Shown here in pieces: positions 59,850 to 64,000 of a stretch of 64,000 nt of DNA. Source of the DNA: Candidatus Marinacidobacterales bacterium (GTDB taxonomy: Bacteria > Acidobacteriota > Vicinamibacteria > Marinacidobacterales > DATDRI01); assembly GCA_965219415.1 (NCBI GenBank), contig CBDCNP010000002.1:384001-448000 (forward strand), written 5' to 3'. The notes under the pieces are model-generated. The model was given only the letters and a program-made list of their open reading frames with translations. It did not search any database and was not told the DNA's origin. The translations under genes were made by a program, and so were the position numbers. How positions within the stretch are numbered: position 1 is the stretch's first letter; each line of letters opens with the position of its first letter.

Positions 59850-61213
59850 GATTCGATGAGTATCGACCGGGCGCGTGCGAGCTCGTCCAGCGCGTCTCGG
59901 GTCGAAGTTGCTCTCGAGAAAGCCGACTCTCCAGCCTCACGGATGAAACGTTCGGCCCTTCGCAATCGCCCCACGGCGATGGGATGAAGGTGCACCCCGT
60001 CCAGAACGATGATGGCGTCCTCCGTCTCGTACCCTGCCCGTCGGATCAGCTCTCGTGCTCGCTCGTTCTCGAAGAGACCCTTTTCCAAGCTGGTCTCCAG
60101 AAGCTGGGTGGTTTCTCGAATGTTTTCGAGTGCGTTGATGACCCTAAGGAACCCACCGATCGCCAGTACCTCGCTCGCCGACAAGTTCGTATCGGTGCCG
60201 AACCGCGTGCTCAATGCGATTCCCACCGGGGCATTCTTGAAGGTATCGAGGTTATAGACGTCCACCGCCTCCTCGACCGATTTGACGAAGCCGCTGTGAA
60301 ACAGGGGGCCCGCGTCCGCCGCTTCGACGACGGGAGGCACATTGAATTGGTGGGTGTCGCCGAAACCATTGTCCAGGGGAATGAGCTCGGTCGGTTTGCC
60401 AGGGGCGAACTCCTCCCCAGTGGCATGGACGATGCTACCCAGGTTCTCGGTGCGTCCGTCCGAGATGGCCACCGCGCTGAGCGATGACGCCCCCCCGTGG
60501 AAGTGACAGACATTGCAGCGGCCGTTTTGCTGGTCCTTGTCGATGAAGAGCTCCTGACCGCGGAGGGCAAGCTCACCCTTCAACGGCAGGGGAAGCTTTA
60601 GTTCTTCCTGGCGTCCTAGAGTCAGCATGAACGCTTCGAGCGCGTCTAATTCCTCTTCGGTGGGACGTCTAAAATCCACAGCAGGTTCGCGATTCAGTGT
60701 CTTGGGCATATGCTGCATGATCGCGCCAATAGCGAAAGACCGGAGGCTCCCGTCGCCGGGGGCACCGTCACCGGCCCATCCGGTGAGTGGCCCCATGAAG
60801 TCGAGTCGGTTCTCGGCGCCTTCAAACTCCATGCCCTGAATCGAGGTACGGACCGAGCGCAGTGATTGAACAGTGTGCATCACGAAGTCGTTCTCCAGAT
60901 CACCAAAGCCATTCGGGTTCCCCAGAACCAAACCGTACTCTCGCAAAAGTTCTGATTTTTCGAAGTTCTCCTTCAATGCGGGAACGAACTCATGGACGAA
61001 GAGCGGATCGTCATCCGGCAACGTGGCAATGAAGGCCGGCGTGATCCGCCAGTTGTCTTCGGGGCGATGGCACGTCGCGCACGTTCTACCGTTGCCATCG
61101 AAGGTCTCGTTGAAGAAGATCTCCTCCCCCTTGGCAGCCAGATCGACTTTAGGAGTCGAAAAGATGGAAACGGCAAATACAAGTAGAACACCACTCGCCA
61201 AAACTATCTTCAT
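59846..61213 (-). CDS. Secreted di-heme c-type cytochrome (peroxidase/MauG-like); start MKIVLASG
   Basis: GNGRTCATCH and GRCNVCH heme motifs, FNVPPV and PLFHSG; ATGA overlap with the upstream gene. Confidence 0.8.
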   Translation of the reverse strand: MKIVLASGVLLVFAVSIFSTPKVDLAAKGEEIFFNETFDGNGRTCATCHRPEDNWRITPAFIATLPDDDPLFVHEFVPALKENFEKSELLREYGLVLGNPNGFGDLENDFVMHTVQSLRSVRTSIQGMEFEGAENRLDFMGPLTGWAGDGAPGDGSLRSFAIGAIMQHMPKTLNREPAVDFRRPTEEELDALEAFMLTLGRQEELKLPLPLKGELALRGQELFIDKDQQNGRCNVCHFHGGASSLSAVAISDGRTENLGSIVHATGEEFAPGKPTELIPLDNGFGDTHQFNVPPVVEAADAGPLFHSGFVKSVEEAVDVYNLDTFKNAPVGIALSTRFGTDTNLSASEVLAIGGFLRVINALENIRETTQLLETSLEKGLFENERARELIRRAGYETEDAIIVLDGVHLHPIAVGRLRRAERFIREAGESAFSRATSTRDALDELARARSILIES

Positions 61214-62202
61214 GATTCCTCTCCCTGTGGAAGAAGCAAGAGCTTTCCCACGGTCTCTCGACTCTCCATGAGCCGATGGGCTTCGGGTGCGCGGTCGAGA
61301 GGTAGTCGTTGCGTAATCATCGATCGTATCTTTCCTGCTTCGTAAAGCCCCAGCAGCTCGTTCCATGAGGGGTCGATGAGCTCGTGGCGCTCGGCAAAGA
61401 AGACACTCAGGTTGAGCGCCGCGAATGTCGAGCTCGTACGCAGCAGATCGTAGGGGTGCACCGCTAGGCCTTCGCCGCTCGCTATCCCGAAGAGAACGAG
61501 ACGTCCGAGAGGGGCGAGACACGTGGCGGCCTCTTTGAAAACGCCTCCGCCGACCGACTCGAGAACGAGATCCGCACCCCGGCCTTCGGTGCAGTCTCGC
61601 ACGTATGCTGCGAGGCTCTGCGATCGATAGTCGACCGAGTACTCGACGCCGAGCCCTTTCAAAACCTTGAGCTTGCCTTCGGAGCCCACGCCCCCGATGA
61701 CGCGAAGCTTCTGGGCCAAGGCCAATTGAACCAACGCCGTCCCTACTCCTCCCGCGGCTGCCGTGATCACCACCCACTCGCCCGCTTGCGCTCCGCCGAG
61801 CGTGTTCAGCGCGTGGTAGGCGGTGAGAAAGACGTGAGTGAAGGCAGCGCCGTGTCCGAAACTCATCGAGGGAGCGAGTGGGAGCGCGTAGTTTTCCGGG
61901 ACCGCCACCCACTCTGCGTAAGTCCCACCGCGAGGGGAATAAACGCCGACCCGATCTCCCACCCGGAACCGTGTGGTTTCCTTTCCGACTTCCTCCACCA
62001 CCCCACTACCTTCGCAGCCGGGAATAAGAGGCGGCGGCGTCATCCCTGGATGGCTCGCGGTCCGACACAAGATGTCGGCGAAGTTGACGCCACTCGCTTG
62101 AACATTCACCAGCACTTCGCCACGCGCGGGTTTGGGCTTCGGCGCATCGACAAACATCAGCGCCTCGGGTCCACCGGCCTCCTCAACGCGAATCGCCTTC
62201 AT
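61210..62202 (-). CDS. NADPH:quinone oxidoreductase family (MDR)
   Basis: GVNFAD, PGCEGSG, AAAGGVG and GKLLL motifs. Confidence 0.93.
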   Translation of the reverse strand: MKAIRVEEAGGPEALMFVDAPKPKPARGEVLVNVQASGVNFADILCRTASHPGMTPPPLIPGCEGSGVVEEVGKETTRFRVGDRVGVYSPRGGTYAEWVAVPENYALPLAPSMSFGHGAAFTHVFLTAYHALNTLGGAQAGEWVVITAAAGGVGTALVQLALAQKLRVIGGVGSEGKLKVLKGLGVEYSVDYRSQSLAAYVRDCTEGRGADLVLESVGGGVFKEAATCLAPLGRLVLFGIASGEGLAVHPYDLLRTSSTFAALNLSVFFAERHELIDPSWNELLGLYEAGKIRSMITQRLPLDRAPEAHRLMESRETVGKLLLLPQGEES

Positions 62203-63926
62203 GCGTCAATCCCGGGTTGATTCCGTAGACGGTTGGTTGCCTGATTGTCTACGTTGTCGTCCACGAGTGCGACCTTATAGGTTTCACGAGCCGCGTCGCG
62301 GGTGACGTAACCGTCGAGAACATCCTCGAGAACGCTCGATGGCTCCCGTTCTGTCGGATCGCCATATCCCCCTCCACCCGAGGTGAGGTTCCGACAGCAG
62401 TCTCCGGCTTCGACGCGGACGCGCCGCGTCCCCACGCGTTTCTCGCGCTCCGTCTCGGGGAAGAGAATCATTCCGTTCGACGACGGTTCCGAGCCTCCCG
62501 CCAGCGCCCAGGGCAACGTCTTGGTTTTCTTCCTGACGGAAAGAAACTCGCCCGGAGAGATGAAACGGATGTCCCTCCTGAGGCCAAGCCCCCCGCGCGA
62601 CCGACCGGCGCCACCGGAGTCGGTGCGCAACTCCAACCTCTCGAGAAACATTCCGGTCTTCAGCTCCAATACCTCGATCGGTGTGTTGCGAACCATGCCC
62701 TGGTTGGGATGGTTCATCGCGTTGCCGCCGTCGTGGGTCGTCGTCGCGCCCCATCCCACCGGATCGTTATTGCTGACCGCGAAGAAGCGGCGCGTGTCTG
62801 GGTGTGTTCCAACCATCATGAAGCCGGGCACATCACCGCCGGAGGATGCCTGAAGCCGTTCGGGCATGCCTTGGGTCAACGCCTTGAAGATGAGCTCGAG
62901 CTGCGCGTTAGACGTCCACAGGGTGAACGTCGCGGACGGATACGTTGCGTGGAAGAGCGTTCCTGGTGGGGCAACGACCTCTAGAGGGCGGAAGTTGCCG
63001 GCGTTGGTCGGCGAACCGGGGGTGGTGAGGGCCTTGAAAACGACGCGGGTCGTACCCAAGGTGCGACCGTACGGCAAATTGACCGGCCCCGGTACCGCCG
63101 GAGACGAGCCAGTGAAATCGACGAGAAAACGATCGTCGTCGATGGTGACGGTCACCTTCATCGGGATCGTATCGTCGGAGACGCCGTCGTCGTCCAGCAA
63201 ATCCTCGGCGGTCCAGGTGCCATTGGGAAGAGATCGCAGAGCTTTACGCGCAAGCTGCTCCCCGTGTTCCAAGAGCCGGACGACCGCCGCATCATAGCCT
63301 TCGGGCCCGAACTTGCGCCGTATATCGACCAGCCTTTTCTCTCCAGTACGAGTAGCCGCGACTTGAGCGTTCAGATCTCCGAGCACCGAATCCGGCATGC
63401 GCGAGTTGAAACGGATGATGTCGATGATCTCCGGATCCGGTTTTCCCCTCTTGTAAACCTTGGTACCGGGAAAAATCAGCCCTTCCTGGTGCATGTCGGT
63501 GGAGTCGAGAACGTAGCCGGCATCCTTGGCGCCGAGATCCATCCAGTGCGCCCTGATGCACGTGTAGGCGAAGGGCCGATCCTCACCCGGGGCAAAGGCC
63601 GGTGCGAAAAGCGTGACATCGAGCGTATGGGCCGAGCTCCAGTACGGATAGTTGAGTAACACGATGTCGCCGGGCTCGAGATTCCCCTCGCCGACGTAGT
63701 CGACGCCTTTGCGGATGGCGTAGTCGTTCGAGCCAAGGAACGACAAAAGGCCCGGCGCCTCCGTCACCAGCTCGAGCTCACGACTGTAGATCGAGATGCC
63801 GAAGTCCAAGATTTCGTAGACGACCGGATTGAAGGCGGTGCGGATCAGCGTACGCCGCATCTCCCCGGCGGCAGAGAATAGGTAGCTCCGGATGACCTCT
63901 ACCGTCGCTCCGTCCAACTGTTTCAT
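62199..63926 (-). CDS. Hydantoinase B/oxoprolinase family protein
   Basis: RTAFNP, HTLD, AHWMDLG, QEG, DSGGAG..RGG and GGGGYGDP motifs. Confidence 0.93.
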   Translation of the reverse strand: MKQLDGATVEVIRSYLFSAAGEMRRTLIRTAFNPVVYEILDFGISIYSRELELVTEAPGLLSFLGSNDYAIRKGVDYVGEGNLEPGDIVLLNYPYWSSAHTLDVTLFAPAFAPGEDRPFAYTCIRAHWMDLGAKDAGYVLDSTDMHQEGLIFPGTKVYKRGKPDPEIIDIIRFNSRMPDSVLGDLNAQVAATRTGEKRLVDIRRKFGPEGYDAAVVRLLEHGEQLARKALRSLPNGTWTAEDLLDDDGVSDDTIPMKVTVTIDDDRFLVDFTGSSPAVPGPVNLPYGRTLGTTRVVFKALTTPGSPTNAGNFRPLEVVAPPGTLFHATYPSATFTLWTSNAQLELIFKALTQGMPERLQASSGGDVPGFMMVGTHPDTRRFFAVSNNDPVGWGATTTHDGGNAMNHPNQGMVRNTPIEVLELKTGMFLERLELRTDSGGAGRSRGGLGLRRDIRFISPGEFLSVRKKTKTLPWALAGGSEPSSNGMILFPETEREKRVGTRRVRVEAGDCCRNLTSGGGGYGDPTEREPSSVLEDVLDGYVTRDAARETYKVALVDDNVDNQATNRLRNQPGIDA

Positions 63927-64000
63927 GAACTCCTGAGCGACCTCGTTTTTTCCTCGTCGACTCCGTTTCCCGCAAGCACGACCTTATATGTTTCTCTAGC
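63923..64000 (-). CDS. 3' end of another hydantoinase B-like gene (partial)
   Basis: Reads ARETYKVVLAGNGVDEEKTRSLRSS*, matching ARETYKVALVDDNVDNQATNRLR of the next gene; ATGA overlap. Confidence 0.75.
   Translation of the reverse strand, partial: ARETYKVVLAGNGVDEEKTRSLRSS

Noticed and set aside
61214-61912. Arg-rich N-terminal extension of the 688 aa cytochrome ORF
   Set aside because: It is an alternate frame of the quinone oxidoreductase gene; the signal peptide starts at 61213.
1-64000. CRISPR array or rRNA
   Set aside because: No regularly spaced repeats and no long non-coding stretch seen; coding density is high throughout.

Overview
GC-rich bacterial window. Gene content and a GGGGCCCCACCCCC-type palindromic repeat suggest Acidobacteriota/Vicinamibacteria-like (inference). 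About a dozen apparent 1-bp frameshifts suggest an imperfectly polished assembly. Left to right: the 3' part of an MglA-like GTPase-GAF-pseudo-histidine-kinase fusion; a three-gene RiPP-like operon (HPrK-like kinase, PqqD/RRE fused to a twin-arginine leader and a 10-Cys peptide, nucleotidyltransferase) with no lasso cyclase; assorted hydrolases; a vapBC pair; a PilZ-GIY-YIG-like fusion; an operon split by a ~6.8 kb CzcCBA/CusCBA-type efflux cassette flanked by a ~130 bp duplicated gene 3' end and led by a His-rich RAPP-ending ORF; an IS256 inside a creatininase-TPR fusion; a heme-oxygenase-like diiron enzyme/solute symporter operon; nth; a Phd-RelE/ParE islet between tRNA-Leu(TAA) remnants; and a ~21.5 kb minus-strand catabolic cluster (five amidohydrolases, tandem hydantoinase B genes, racemase, PQQ dehydrogenase, di-heme cytochrome). 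No CRISPR array, rRNA or intact tRNA seen. The best candidates for novelty are the RRE-Tat-Cys-peptide operon and the integrase-free metal cassette with its putative arrest-peptide leader. All family calls come from motif recognition, not database searches.
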